This document shows, in pieces, positions 8,887 through 18,589 of a stretch of 64,000 bases of DNA. The position numbers and the translations under genes were made by a program. The number at the start of each line of letters is the position of its first letter. The first letter of the stretch is position 1. The notes beneath the pieces were generated by a model. That model saw nothing but the letters and a program-made list of their open reading frames with translations, was not told where the DNA came from and did not search any database. Source of the stretch: Candidatus Sysuimicrobiota bacterium CSP1-3 (GTDB lineage: Bacteria; Sysuimicrobiota; Sysuimicrobiia; Sysuimicrobiales; Humicultoraceae); contig LDXQ01000003.1 of NCBI GenBank assembly GCA_001443485.1, positions 20,473 through 84,472 on the forward strand, written 5' to 3'.

Positions 8887-10260
8887 GTGGACCCGCGTAC
8901 CTATGCCCGCGAACAGCGCAGTCGATTCCTGGAAGACCTGAAGTCGCTCATCCGCATCCCCAGCGTCAGCACGCTGCCGGAGTATCATCCCGACCTGCGG
9001 CGGGCGGCGCAGTGGCTGGAGCAGCGGCTGCGGGCCCTGGACCTCCGGGCCTGGATCATTGAGAGCGACTCGCACCCTATCGTCTACGGCGAGTGGATGG
9101 GTGCGCCGGGCCGGCCGACCCTGCTCTGCTACGGGCACTACGACGTCCAGCCCCCCGATCCGCTGGACGAATGGGAATCGCCGCCGTTCGAACCCACCGT
9201 GCGCGGCGACAACCTCTACGCCCGGGGCGCCTCCGACGACAAAGGCCAGTTGATGATCCAGATCTGCGCGGTGGAGTCGTGGCTGCGCACCGCCGGCCGG
9301 CTGCCGGTCAACGTCAAGTTCTTTATCGAAGGCGAGGAAGAACTGGGCAGCCCGCGGGTGACGGGCTTCATCCCCAAGAACAAGCGGCTCCTGCGGGCCG
9401 ACGTCTCGCTGGTCTGCGACGGGTCGTTCTTTGCCTCGGAAGTGCCCGCGCTGGTCACAGGGCTGCGCGGGCTGGTCTATACGGAGGTCGAGGCGCGGGG
9501 CGCGTCGCACGACCTGCATTCCGGCATATACGGCGGCGCCGCGCCGAATCCGCTGGAGGCCCTCGCCCGCATCATCGCCGGCCTGAGGGACCGGCGGGGG
9601 CGCGTGACGATCCCGCGCTACTACGCCGCGGTGAGACCGCCGTCGCCGCTGGAGCGCGAGGCATGGGAGCGGCTGACCTTCGACGATAAGGCGTATTTCG
9701 CCGAACTGGACGTCGACGTCGCCCCCGGGGAGGAAGGGTACGGGATCCTGGAGCGGCGCTGGGCCCGCCCCACCCTGGAGGTACACGGGATCGTCGGCGG
9801 CTACACCGGGCCGGGCCCGAAGACGGTCATCCCGGCCCGGGCGACGGCGAAGATCAGCATGCGGCTGGTGCCGGATCAGAGGCCGAAGGCCGTGCTCCGG
9901 GCCTTCACGCGGAAGGTGGCGAAACTCACACCCGCCGGCGTGCGGACCGCGGTGCGCGTGCTCTCCCTGGCGGATCCGGCGGTCGTGGCCCCGGAGGAAC
10001 CCGCGATGCGCATGGCCGCCCGGGCGATCGAGGAGGTCTTCGGGAAGCCACCGGTCTACATGCGCGAGGGGGGGAGCGTGCCGGTGGCGGCGGAATTCAT
10101 CAACGCCCTGCGCGCGCCCGCCGTGCTCATGGGCTTCGGGCTGCCGGACGACCGGCTGCACGCGCCCAACGAGAAGTTCCACCTGCCCAACTTCTCCCGC
10201 GGGATCGACACGGTCATCCGCTTCGTGGAACTGCTAGGGGAACAGGCGCCGCAGGGTTGA
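8887..10260 (+). CDS. M20 family dipeptidase
   Basis: GTG 8887 is preceded by AAGAGGAG. The motifs are GHYDVQP and ARGASDDKGQ, followed by a dimerisation domain. Confidence 0.85.
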   Translation: MDPRTYAREQRSRFLEDLKSLIRIPSVSTLPEYHPDLRRAAQWLEQRLRALDLRAWIIESDSHPIVYGEWMGAPGRPTLLCYGHYDVQPPDPLDEWESPPFEPTVRGDNLYARGASDDKGQLMIQICAVESWLRTAGRLPVNVKFFIEGEEELGSPRVTGFIPKNKRLLRADVSLVCDGSFFASEVPALVTGLRGLVYTEVEARGASHDLHSGIYGGAAPNPLEALARIIAGLRDRRGRVTIPRYYAAVRPPSPLEREAWERLTFDDKAYFAELDVDVAPGEEGYGILERRWARPTLEVHGIVGGYTGPGPKTVIPARATAKISMRLVPDQRPKAVLRAFTRKVAKLTPAGVRTAVRVLSLADPAVVAPEEPAMRMAARAIEEVFGKPPVYMREGGSVPVAAEFINALRAPAVLMGFGLPDDRLHAPNEKFHLPNFSRGIDTVIRFVELLGEQAPQG

Positions 10261-10285
10261 GGTCGCCCGCGGTCTGGACGCGCTG

Positions 10286-10439
10286 ATGCCTTCGATCGCC
10301 GAAACCCGGCAGGAACTCGTCCACCTGGTCCTGCCCGAGCACGCCAACGTCCACGGCAACCTGTTCGGGGGCCGGATGATGCCAGGAGGCGGAGGCGCGC
10401 CGGGCGCTGCGCCAGGCCCGGCGGGCGGCCCTGGCATGA
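10286..10439 (+). pseudogene. Internally deleted acyl-CoA thioesterase (hotdog) relic
   Basis: ATG 10286 gives MPSIAETRQELVHLVLPEHANVHGNLFGGRMM, a typical acyl-CoA hydrolase N-terminus. The hotdog core is absent. The +1 frame then reads QEAEARRALRQARRAALA and stops at 10437-10439. Confidence 0.55.
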
Positions 10440-10446
10440 AGACGGT

Positions 10447-11097
10447 ATGATCGGCGAAGTCACCCGCTGGATACTCGAGGCCATCCGGGAGTCGGGCCCC
10501 CTGGCCGTCTTCCTGGGCGTGATCATCGAGTCCGTGATCGTGCCCCTCCCTTCGCCTCTGATCGTCATGGGCGCCGGGGCCATCCTGGTGCCGCCAACCG
10601 CACCGCCGATTCAGGTGTTCTCGGACATCCTGCGCATCATCGTGCTCCCCGGGGCCATTGCGTCAGCGCTGGGGGCCTATGTCGGGTACGGCCTGGGCTA
10701 CTGGGGAGGCAAACCCCTCATCACCCGGCTACAGCGGTTCCTCGGATTCGGCTGGCCGGAGGTGGAAGTCATGGAGGCCCGGCTGACCAGGAGCCGCGCC
10801 GGGCTGATGATCTTCACGCTGCGCGCGCTGCCGGTTGTGCCGCTCTCGCTGATCTCTGTGGGCGGGGGTCTGCTCCGCCTGCCGGTCATCCCGTTTACGG
10901 CGTGGACCTTCCTCGGGTCCGTTCCCCGGATCGTCTTCCTGGCGTATCTGGGATGGTTCACGCGTGATACTTACGAACGGTTGGCGCAGCGCTTGGATTC
11001 CGTGGAGACGGCGGTCTCGGCCGGCATCCTCGTCGGCGCAGTCGCTCTGATCGTCTGGCTGAGACGTCGCACGCGTCGGGAGCTGCGCCCGGGCTAG
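10447..11097 (+). CDS. DedA / SNARE-associated family membrane protein
   Basis: 216 aa and multi-pass, with AVFLGVIIESVIVPLPSPLIVMGAG. The start ATGA overlaps the end of the relic reading frame. Confidence 0.8.
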   Translation: MIGEVTRWILEAIRESGPLAVFLGVIIESVIVPLPSPLIVMGAGAILVPPTAPPIQVFSDILRIIVLPGAIASALGAYVGYGLGYWGGKPLITRLQRFLGFGWPEVEVMEARLTRSRAGLMIFTLRALPVVPLSLISVGGGLLRLPVIPFTAWTFLGSVPRIVFLAYLGWFTRDTYERLAQRLDSVETAVSAGILVGAVALIVWLRRRTRRELRPG

Positions 11098-11149
11098 GGA
11101 CGATGGCGCGCTGGCCGGCTCAGCAGCGCCCGCGCGTCTGGACAAAGCG

Positions 11150-11986
11150 ATGGAAGTCGATCGGGTCACCGAGCACAACCGCCGGATGTGGGAGCGTCTG
11201 GCCAGGGCGGGGATTCCCTACACTCGTCCCCAGGGCCGTCCACCCCGAACGCGCGCCGGGATGCGCCGCTTCCTCGATCCGCACGGTCGGCTACGTGGCG
11301 TGCGCTTGGCCGGCGCGCGCGTGCTGGCCCTCGCCGGCGGCGGCGGATGGGACGCGGTGCTCTTCGCGAAACTCGGCGCGGAGACGACCTTGCTGGACAT
11401 CTCGCGGCGGCAACTGGACACCGTGCGGGAACTCGCGCGAAAGGAGCGCGTGCGCGCCCGAATCGTGCAGGGCAACATGAAGGACCTGGCACGCTTCGCC
11501 GACGCTTCGTTTGATGTCGTGTGGCACAGTCATTCGCTCGTCTTCGTCGATGATGCCGCGCGGGTACTGCGGGAAGTGGGCCGCGTGCTGGCGCCGGGCG
11601 GCACCTATGTCCTGTCTACGGTGCACCCGACGACGATGCGCCTCTCCGGGACGTTCGCGGGCGGGGGCTGGCGGCCAAGCATTTCCTATTTCGCCGACGC
11701 CCCGATCCCCCAGAGGGGGAAGGACGCGGGCGTCTGGGAGTTCGGCCGCAAGCGGGTCTATGCGCCGACGATCGAGTATGCACACCGCCTCGAGACAATC
11801 ATCAACGGGATCGCCGCGGGTGGGATGTTGATCGACGGCCTGTGGGAGCTTCGGCCGCAGGAGTTCGAACCGCCGCGCCGACGGCCGCGCCACCCTCCAC
11901 CGGGGAGCGACGATCACCTGCATACGCTCTTCCCCGCGTACATTCAGGTCCGGGCGCGAAGACCGCGCGGCGCGTTGACACGGTAG
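11150..11986 (+). CDS. Class I SAM-dependent methyltransferase
   Basis: Motif I is VLALAGGGGWDA. It also has FDVVWHSHSLVFV and the post-I/II motif VLAPGGTYV. Confidence 0.8.
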   Translation: MEVDRVTEHNRRMWERLARAGIPYTRPQGRPPRTRAGMRRFLDPHGRLRGVRLAGARVLALAGGGGWDAVLFAKLGAETTLLDISRRQLDTVRELARKERVRARIVQGNMKDLARFADASFDVVWHSHSLVFVDDAARVLREVGRVLAPGGTYVLSTVHPTTMRLSGTFAGGGWRPSISYFADAPIPQRGKDAGVWEFGRKRVYAPTIEYAHRLETIINGIAAGGMLIDGLWELRPQEFEPPRRRPRHPPPGSDDHLHTLFPAYIQVRARRPRGALTR

Positions 11987-12003
11987 CAGAGCGCTCGTAT
12001 ACT
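11975..12003 (+). promoter_or_regulatory. Sigma-70/SigA-type promoter of speH
   Basis: TTGACA (11975-11980), a 17-nt spacer, then TATACT (11998-12003). The roughly 65-nt leader contains the perfect palindrome TCTCGGCGCGCGCCGAGA (12033-12050) and the RBS GGAGGAGGGGGAGG. Confidence 0.6.
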
Positions 12004-12073
12004 GCGAGCCGTCAAACGGACCAGACCGCACGTCTCGGCGCGCGCCGAGAGGCGGAGGAGGGGGAGGTGGGAG

Positions 12074-12538
12074 ATGGATGCCGTCGGGCACCACTACATT
12101 GTCGAAGCGTCCGGATGCGATCCGGAGATCATCGGCAAGGTGGAGCAGGTAGAGCAGATCCTGGTGCGGGCCGCCGAAGCGGCCAAGGTGCAGGTCTGGT
12201 CGATCTCCTTTCACCGTTTCAACCCCGGTGGCGTCTCCGGCGTCATCGTCATCTCCGAATCGCACCTCTCCGTGCACACCTGGCCGGAACTCCGCTACGT
12301 CGCGCTGGACATCTTCACCTGCGGCCAGGAGGCGCGTCCGGAGGCGGCGGTCACGTCCGCGTTGAAGGACTTCGGCGCGACCAACGTCCACATCACGGAA
12401 GTGACGCGCGGGCTGGAAGAAGGGGACAAGGTCTTCTTCCACAGCATCGTCACCTGGGAGGAGACGCTCCCGGGGAGCGTGGACGGCGCGAAGCGGCGCC
12501 GCCGCGGAGCCAAGGCTTCGTCCAAGGTCCGGGTCTGA
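12074..12538 (+). CDS. speH: S-adenosylmethionine decarboxylase proenzyme (pyruvoyl, SpeH type)
   Basis: HHYIVEASGC...VIVISESHLSVHTWPE contains the self-cleavage E-S site, followed by DIFTCG. The C-terminal tail is basic. Confidence 0.9.
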   Translation: MDAVGHHYIVEASGCDPEIIGKVEQVEQILVRAAEAAKVQVWSISFHRFNPGGVSGVIVISESHLSVHTWPELRYVALDIFTCGQEARPEAAVTSALKDFGATNVHITEVTRGLEEGDKVFFHSIVTWEETLPGSVDGAKRRRRGAKASSKVRV

Positions 12539-12606
12539 GCGAATCCGAAATCGCGGGCGCCGCCGGTGACGGTTGCCGGGCGGCGCGGCGTCCGTCTCTC
12601 AACCTC

Positions 12607-13566
12607 ATGCCTTTCCGGGCGGTTTCATCTGTGATGCACCGCTCCATCGTCAGCGCAACGTTGGCGCTGCTGCTCGTCGCCGGATCCGCCCTGGCGCAGG
12701 GCGTCGGGCGATGGGAGACCCGCGCGCCCATGCTCTCCCTGCGCACCGAGGTCGGCGGCGCCGTGCTGGCCGGAAAAATCTACATCACCGGGGGGCTGGT
12801 GCCCGATGGCGCTTCCGGCCGTGTGGAGGAGTACGACGTCGCGGCCAACACCTGGCTTGTCCGGGCGCCGCTGCCCGTGACCCTGCACCACACCGCCGCG
12901 GCCGTCTCCGGCGGCCGGCTCTTCGTCATCGGCGGGTTCGGGCTGGACGGGGTGGCGGTGCACTCCGTGTTTGAATACGATCCCGCGGCCGACACCTGGC
13001 GGCCCCGCGCTCCGCTGCCCACCGCGCGGGGCGCGCTCGCCGTCGCCGTCGTGGACGGGCGGATCTACGCCGTCGGCGGCATGGGGGCCGACCGGCGAGA
13101 TGCCGGCGCCAACGAAATGTATGATCCGGTGCAGGATCGGTGGATGCCGCACGCGCCGCTGCCGACGCCGCGGAACCACCTGGGTGCGGCGGTGGGGGAC
13201 GGCGTGATCTACGTCTTCGCTGGGCGCACCCGCGGGGCGAACATCGCGGTGACGGAGGTCTTCGATCCGCGCGCCAACGCGTGGCGCAACGCCCCGCCGA
13301 TGCCGACTCCGCGCAGCGGCTACGGCGTGGCCGCGGTGCGGGGACGCATCTTCGTCGTCGGCGGGGAGCTTGGCCGCCCGACCACCTATCCCGAAAACGA
13401 AGAGTTCAATCCCCGCACGAACACGTGGACCAGCCGGGCACCCCTGCCCACGCCGCGGCACGGCCTCGCCGCCGTCGCTGTGAACGATCGCATCTTCACG
13501 ATCGGCGGCGGTCCGCGGCCTGGCGGCACCTACGGCAACACCAACGAGGTCTACATCCCCGACTGA
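12607..13566 (+). CDS. Secreted Kelch-repeat protein
   Basis: Internal ATG 12607 of ORF 11842..13566 (alternative start 12634). It has a signal peptide (ATLALLLVAGSALAQG) and six Kelch-like repeats (KIYITGG, RLFVIGG, RIYAVGG, VIYVFAG, RIFVVGG, RIFTIGG). Confidence 0.8.
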   Translation: MPFRAVSSVMHRSIVSATLALLLVAGSALAQGVGRWETRAPMLSLRTEVGGAVLAGKIYITGGLVPDGASGRVEEYDVAANTWLVRAPLPVTLHHTAAAVSGGRLFVIGGFGLDGVAVHSVFEYDPAADTWRPRAPLPTARGALAVAVVDGRIYAVGGMGADRRDAGANEMYDPVQDRWMPHAPLPTPRNHLGAAVGDGVIYVFAGRTRGANIAVTEVFDPRANAWRNAPPMPTPRSGYGVAAVRGRIFVVGGELGRPTTYPENEEFNPRTNTWTSRAPLPTPRHGLAAVAVNDRIFTIGGGPRPGGTYGNTNEVYIPD

Positions 13567-13602
13567 CGGCGACCGGCGGTTAGCCCGCGTCGGGGCGGAG
13601 GG

Positions 13603-16509
13603 TCAAGACAGCGTCCCCGCGAGCACCTCAACGAGGTGCTTCGCCCGCCGCCCGGCGCCGTGGGCGATCTGCTGCCGGCAGGAGACGCCCATCGCCACGA
13701 TTTCGGCCTCCGGTGGCGCGCGGCGCACCGCCGGCAGGAGGCGCCGCTCGCCCATGGCCAGCGAGATGTCGTAGTGCTCCCGTTCAAAGCCAAACGCCCC
13801 CGCCATCCCGCAGCATCCGGAGTCCACCACTTCGACTTCGAAGCCCGCGGCCTCCAAGACGCCGGTCGCGGCGCCGGTGCCGACGATCGCTTTCTGGTGA
13901 CAGTGGCCGTGAAAGAGGACGCGACCGCCCATTCCGGGAGCCGGCCAGCCGTGCTGCTGCACGTGCCGGAAGAGGAACTCGTCGATCAGGAACGTCTGCG
14001 CGGCGAGTTGCCGCGTGTCTTCTCCGGGCATGAGGTCGGGGACCTCATCGCGGAAGGTGAGGATGCAGGAAGGTTCGCAGCCGATGATGGGTATCCCGGC
14101 GAGGGCGAAGGGGAGCAGGCGCCGGACGTTCTCTTCCGCGCGCCGTCTCGCGGTGGAAAGCAGCCCCTTGCTGATCAGGGGCCGGCCGCAGCAGGTCACG
14201 TCGGGGACGATCACCTCGTAACCCAACCCCTCGAGGAGTCGGACCGCCGCCTGCCCGATCTCTGGATAGTTGAAGCGGAGGAACGTATCGGCGAAGAGCA
14301 CGACGCGCGGCGCGGGGGGGCTTTCGACGGCTCGTGTCGTTCCGAAGCCGGAGGAAGCCCCCCCGCGCCGGACGCGCCACCATCTGTCGAAGGTCGGCCG
14401 GGCAAAGGAAGGCAGCGGCCGGCGCCGGTCCACGCCGGCGACCCGCTCCAGGCCCCACCGTGTCACGCGCGACTGCGCGATCCGGTTGGACAGCGGGGCC
14501 AGCGCGGCGCCGAAGCGATTGAGCCGGTGGATATGTCCGAAGAGCCGCGCCCGCAGCGGGTACCCGTTGGTTTCGTAGTAGCGGGCCAGGAACTCGTACT
14601 TGAGTTTGGCCATGTCGACGTTGGCCGGGCACTCCGCCTTGCAGCCTTTGCACTCGATGCACAGGTCCAGCGCCTCGTAGAGGCGGCGGCCGGTGAGTTC
14701 GGCGGGCGGGAGGACGCCGGAGAGCACCGCCCGCAGGAGGCTGGCGCGGCCGCGGGTGGAGTGCTCCTCTTCGCGCGTGACCATGTAGGAAGGGCACATC
14801 GTCCCTTCCGTGGTCTTGCGGCAGGCGCCCACGCCGCTGCACAGTTCCACCGCCGCGGCGAACCCGCCGTCCCGGCTCCAGTCGAAGTGGGTGGACACGT
14901 CGGCGGTCCGATAGCTCGCCCCATAGCGCAGGTCCTGGATCAGCGGCGGCGCGTCCACGATCTTGCCGGGGTTCATCAGCCCCTGCGGATCGAACGCCCG
15001 CTTGATCGCGTGGAACGCCTGGTAGATCATCGGCCCGAAGTAGCGCTCCAGGAACCAGCCGCGCACCAGACCGTCGCCGTGTTCGCCGCTCATTGCGCCG
15101 CCGAACTCCATGACGAGGTCGCCGACGGCCTCGGCGATGGTCCGCATCGTCTCGATCTGCGGCGCGTCCTTGAGGTTGATCAGCGGCCGGACGTGGAGGC
15201 AGCCGACGCTGGCGTGCGCGTAGAAGGCGGCGCGCACGCCGTGCTGGTCCAGGATGCCGCGGAAGCGCCGGATGAAGTCCGCCAGGCGGTCGGGCGGCAC
15301 CGCGGTGTCCTCGACGAACGTGATCGGCTTGGCGTCCCCCTTGACGCCCTGGAGCAATCCCTGCCCCGCCTTGCGCACCCGCCAGATGTTGTCCTGTTCC
15401 GCGACGTCCACCGCCCGCACGACGGCGTAGCCGCTCCGCGCTGCCGCCAGCGACCGCTCCAGCGCGGCCAGCCGGTCGAGGACTTCGTCATGGTGATCGC
15501 CGGCGAACTCGACCACGAGCAGCGCGTCGGGATCGCCCTGCACGAAGGTCATGCGCCGTGCGTACTCTAACTGCGCCCGCGTCATCTCCAGCACGAACCG
15601 GTCGAGGAGTTCGACCGCCGACGGTCTGTGGGTGAGGATGAGCGGGACGGCCTCCAGCGCCTCCTGCAGGTCGTGGAAGTGCAGGACGGCGACGACCGCG
15701 TGCGGCGGGCGGGGCACCAGGCGGACGGTCGCCTCGGTCGCCAGGGCCAGTGTTCCCTCCGACCCCACGATCAGCCGCGCCAGATTGAAGGGGCGGAGGA
15801 ACAACTCGGGCAGGTTGTAGCCGGCGACCCGGCGGAGAATCTTAGGGTAGCGGCGGTCGATCTCGTCGCGCTGGGCCTGTACGGTTTCCAGCACCGTGCG
15901 GTAGAGGCGTCCCTCCTGCGACGGTTCCCGCACCTTCGCCGCGAGCTCCGCGTCATCGAGCGGGTCGAGCGTCATCTCCTCCCCGCCGACACGCAGAATG
16001 CCCATCCGTTCCACGTGATCGACCATCTTGCCGTAGACGATGGAACGAGCGCCGCAGGAGTTGTTGCCGATCATCCCGCCCAGCGTCGCCCGGTTGCTGG
16101 TGGCGGTGTCGGGTCCCAGCCGCAGGCCGAAGCGCGCCGCCGCGGCGTTGAGCTCATCCTGCACGACACCGGGCTGCACCCGAGCCAGACGGCGGTCGGG
16201 ATCGATCTCCAGGATCCCGTTCATGTACTTGGAGCAGTCCAGCACGACGGCGCGGCCGATCGCCTGCCCGGCCAGGCTCGTCCCGCCACCGCGCGGCAGC
16301 ACCGGAACGCCCGCGTCCGCGCACAGTCGCAGCGTGGCGGCGACATCGTCAGTGTCGCGCGGCAGAACCACGCCGATGGGCAGGATCTGGTAGATGCTGG
16401 CGTCCGTGCTGTAGAGGACGCGGGAGAAGTGGTCGAACCGCACCGCGCCGCGCACGGCCGCGCGCAGGTGGGCGGCCAGGGTTTCGGTCGTCGGCGGCAT
16501 GCTCTTCAT
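13603..16509 (-). CDS. FAD-binding and (Fe-S)-binding oxidoreductase (GlcD-GlcF fusion, YdiJ-like)
   Basis: 968 aa with an FAD_binding_4 motif (PRGGGTSLAGQAIG), the ferredoxin-type cluster motif CIECKGCKAECP, and C-terminal Cys-rich CCG-type domains. Confidence 0.9.
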   Translation of the reverse strand: MKSMPPTTETLAAHLRAAVRGAVRFDHFSRVLYSTDASIYQILPIGVVLPRDTDDVAATLRLCADAGVPVLPRGGGTSLAGQAIGRAVVLDCSKYMNGILEIDPDRRLARVQPGVVQDELNAAAARFGLRLGPDTATSNRATLGGMIGNNSCGARSIVYGKMVDHVERMGILRVGGEEMTLDPLDDAELAAKVREPSQEGRLYRTVLETVQAQRDEIDRRYPKILRRVAGYNLPELFLRPFNLARLIVGSEGTLALATEATVRLVPRPPHAVVAVLHFHDLQEALEAVPLILTHRPSAVELLDRFVLEMTRAQLEYARRMTFVQGDPDALLVVEFAGDHHDEVLDRLAALERSLAAARSGYAVVRAVDVAEQDNIWRVRKAGQGLLQGVKGDAKPITFVEDTAVPPDRLADFIRRFRGILDQHGVRAAFYAHASVGCLHVRPLINLKDAPQIETMRTIAEAVGDLVMEFGGAMSGEHGDGLVRGWFLERYFGPMIYQAFHAIKRAFDPQGLMNPGKIVDAPPLIQDLRYGASYRTADVSTHFDWSRDGGFAAAVELCSGVGACRKTTEGTMCPSYMVTREEEHSTRGRASLLRAVLSGVLPPAELTGRRLYEALDLCIECKGCKAECPANVDMAKLKYEFLARYYETNGYPLRARLFGHIHRLNRFGAALAPLSNRIAQSRVTRWGLERVAGVDRRRPLPSFARPTFDRWWRVRRGGASSGFGTTRAVESPPAPRVVLFADTFLRFNYPEIGQAAVRLLEGLGYEVIVPDVTCCGRPLISKGLLSTARRRAEENVRRLLPFALAGIPIIGCEPSCILTFRDEVPDLMPGEDTRQLAAQTFLIDEFLFRHVQQHGWPAPGMGGRVLFHGHCHQKAIVGTGAATGVLEAAGFEVEVVDSGCCGMAGAFGFEREHYDISLAMGERRLLPAVRRAPPEAEIVAMGVSCRQQIAHGAGRRAKHLVEVLAGTLS

Positions 16510-16598
16510 GAGATCGTCGACTGCATTCCGTCCTCTACACCGTTCGCCACGTGATCGCCGGCCTCATCCCCGCGGGTCGCCGGCAGCGCTCTGCTATA

Positions 16599-17804
16599 AT
16601 GACGCTCGTGTCGCTCGCCCCCACCCGTGACGCCGCCCGCACGGTCGCTCCTCCTCCCCCGGCGATGGACCGGCGGCGGCTGCTCGGCGTCACGCTCGGC
16701 CACTTCCTCAATGACTTCCACATGTCGTGGCTCTCCCCGCTGCTGCCGCTGTTCGTGCCGCGATTCCACCTCAGCCTGGCGCTGGCCGGACTCCTGGGAA
16801 CCATCCTCAATACCTCGTCGGCGCTCTCACAGCCGCTGTTTGGTCTGGCGGCGGACCGTCTCAGCCGCAGCCACCTGGTCGCCCTGGGGCCCGTGCTCAC
16901 GGTGATCGCGATGAGCCTTACCGGCGTCCTGCCCACCTATCCCGCGTTGATCGCGGCGCTGCTCTGCGCCGGTATCGGCACCGCCATCTTCCACCCGCAG
17001 GGGGCGGCCGCCGCCGGGTTCCACGGTGGGGACCGGCGCGCCGCCGGGCTGGCCATCTTCGTGACGGGCGGCGAACTCGCCTACGCCCTCGGCCCGCTCT
17101 ACATCGCTGCGCTGGTGCAGTGGCGCGGACTCTCCTGGACGCTGCTCGCCGGCCTGCCCGGGATCGTCGCGGTCTTGATCTTCGCGGCACTGATCTGGCG
17201 CTGGCCCACGGCGCGGCCCGCGCGGGCGGGCACGATCCGCAGTGCGCTGGTCGCGCAGCGACGGATGCTCATCCTGTTGTGGATTTACGTCATGGTGCGC
17301 AGCATCATCTCCATCTCGTTCATCACCTTCCTGCCGCTCCTGCTGCGCGAGCGCGGACTCTCCCTGGTGATGGGCGGCACCGCCGTCTTCATGTTCGGCG
17401 GCATCGGCGCGGCTGGAGGATTCACGGGCGGCATCCTGGCGGAATGGCTGGGCCGCCGCGCCGTCCTCGTCCTCTCGCTGCTGTTGAGTGCGCCGCTGAT
17501 GGCGCTCTATCTCCTCACGCCGGTGGGATGGGGCCTCATCCTGCTGCCGGTCGCGGGCGTTCTCCTCTACACCTCCGCACCGGTGACGGTCACGATGGCG
17601 CAGGAGGGCCTACCCCAGCACGCCAGCCTGGCGTCGAGCATCGTAATGGGCCTGGCCTGGGGCATCGGTGGCCTCATGCTGACGGTGGTGGGCGCGGTGG
17701 CCGACGCCATCGGCCTGCAGGAGACGCTGCTCTTGATCCTGGGGCTGGGCGTCGTCGCGCTGCTGGCTGCGGCCGGGCTCTCCCCGGCTCGCGCGCCGGA
17801 GTGA
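16599..17804 (+). CDS. MFS transporter (Fsr-like)
   Basis: ORF 16551..17804 with 12 predicted hydrophobic segments and LGHFLNDFHMSW near the N-terminus. The start is uncertain (16551, 16599 or downstream). Confidence 0.8.
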   Translation: MTLVSLAPTRDAARTVAPPPPAMDRRRLLGVTLGHFLNDFHMSWLSPLLPLFVPRFHLSLALAGLLGTILNTSSALSQPLFGLAADRLSRSHLVALGPVLTVIAMSLTGVLPTYPALIAALLCAGIGTAIFHPQGAAAAGFHGGDRRAAGLAIFVTGGELAYALGPLYIAALVQWRGLSWTLLAGLPGIVAVLIFAALIWRWPTARPARAGTIRSALVAQRRMLILLWIYVMVRSIISISFITFLPLLLRERGLSLVMGGTAVFMFGGIGAAGGFTGGILAEWLGRRAVLVLSLLLSAPLMALYLLTPVGWGLILLPVAGVLLYTSAPVTVTMAQEGLPQHASLASSIVMGLAWGIGGLMLTVVGAVADAIGLQETLLLILGLGVVALLAAAGLSPARAPE

Positions 17805-17827
17805 CCGCCTCCTCGGAGACCGGCGGT

Positions 17828-18103
17828 TCAGAAGAGCAGGCCGATCAGGACCTCGCGGACGATCCGCTGGACGGCACCCAACAGGAGGAAGGCGACGAAC
17901 GGGGTGAGGTCCAGTCCGCCCACCAGAGGAATCAGGCGGCGCAGTGGGTTCAAGATCGGGTTCGTGATCCGGTAGATGGCGTAACCGGCGGAGCTGTCCA
18001 GCGCCCCGGGGACCCAGGAAAGGAAGACGCGTACCAGCAGCGCCAGATACAAGAAGAGGAACACGTAGTGGACGACGTTGATCAGGACCACGCCAGATGT
18101 CAT
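17828..18103 (-). CDS. YggT family membrane protein
   Basis: 91 aa with the YggT signature LLVRVFLSWVP...YRITNPILNPLRRLIP. Confidence 0.85.
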   Translation of the reverse strand: MTSGVVLINVVHYVFLFLYLALLVRVFLSWVPGALDSSAGYAIYRITNPILNPLRRLIPLVGGLDLTPFVAFLLLGAVQRIVREVLIGLLF

Positions 18104-18142
18104 TCGTGGCCGGCCCGGGTCTTACCTCGGCCGCCGGCGCGC

Positions 18143-18179
18143 CGAAAAGCCGCAGCCCGGGGCATGCCCCGGGCTGCGG
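18143..18179 (-). terminator. Rho-independent terminator of the cold-shock gene
   Basis: The perfect palindrome CCGCAGCCCGGGGCATGCCCCGGGCTGCGG (18150-18179) is followed on the minus strand by CTTTTC. Confidence 0.7.
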
Positions 18180-18200
18180 TGTTCCGCTGGTGAGCGTGGT

Positions 18201-18401
18201 TTAAAGGATCGTGACGTTTGCCGCCTGCGGACCCTTCTTGCCCTCCACGATGTCAAACTGCACGCTCTGCCCCTCCTGGAGGGTGCGGAAGCCGTCAGAC
18301 TGAATCGCGGTGTAGTGCACGAAGACGTCCTTGCCGCCTTCCACGGAGATGAAGCCGTAGCCCTTCTCCGCGCTGAACCACTTCACCGTGCCCGTGGCCA
18401 T
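18201..18401 (-). CDS. Cold-shock protein (CspA family)
   Basis: 66 aa, with RNP1 KGYGFI and RNP2 VFVHY. Confidence 0.95.
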   Translation of the reverse strand: MATGTVKWFSAEKGYGFISVEGGKDVFVHYTAIQSDGFRTLQEGQSVQFDIVEGKKGPQAANVTIL

Positions 18402-18465
18402 TAATGACCTACTCCCTTCGTCGTAACGTACAGATACTGCGCGATGCGCCCTACCTGCCGCGGGG

Positions 18466-18494
18466 AGTTTATCATAGGCTTTTCGGGATGTAAA
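18466..18494 (-). promoter_or_regulatory. Sigma-70-type promoter of the cold-shock gene
   Basis: The minus strand reads TTTACA (18494-18489), a 17-nt spacer, then TAAACT (18471-18466). This leaves a leader of about 58 nt with the RBS GAAGGGAG. Confidence 0.55.
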
Positions 18495-18589
18495 TACTGG
18501 TCGCCGCGACCACGCGATCTTCCGGCGCTGTACCTCGGCGGCGGGATGCGGTACGCTTTTCTACAATCGTTGATCGGACCCGACGACCC

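Noticed and set aside
11842-12606. N-terminal 255 codons of the 574-aa ORF (11842..13566)
   Set aside because: It overlaps the end of the methyltransferase gene and all of speH in another frame. The Kelch protein begins with its own signal peptide at 12607 or 12634.
13636-15570. 644-aa plus-strand ORF
   Set aside because: It is entirely antisense to the 968-aa FAD/Fe-S oxidoreductase, which has clear motifs. Its translation is Arg/Gly/Pro/Ala-rich with no domain signature, a typical high-GC shadow ORF.
16595-16600. Perfect TATAAT hexamer
   Set aside because: It overlaps the candidate ATG (16599) of the MFS gene and has no -35 or TG extension. It cannot be the promoter for that start, and I have no evidence for a downstream leaderless start.
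16727-18193. 488-aa plus-strand ORF
   Set aside because: It is an alternate frame of the MFS transporter and reads through the YggT gene region. Its composition is Arg/Gly/Pro-rich.
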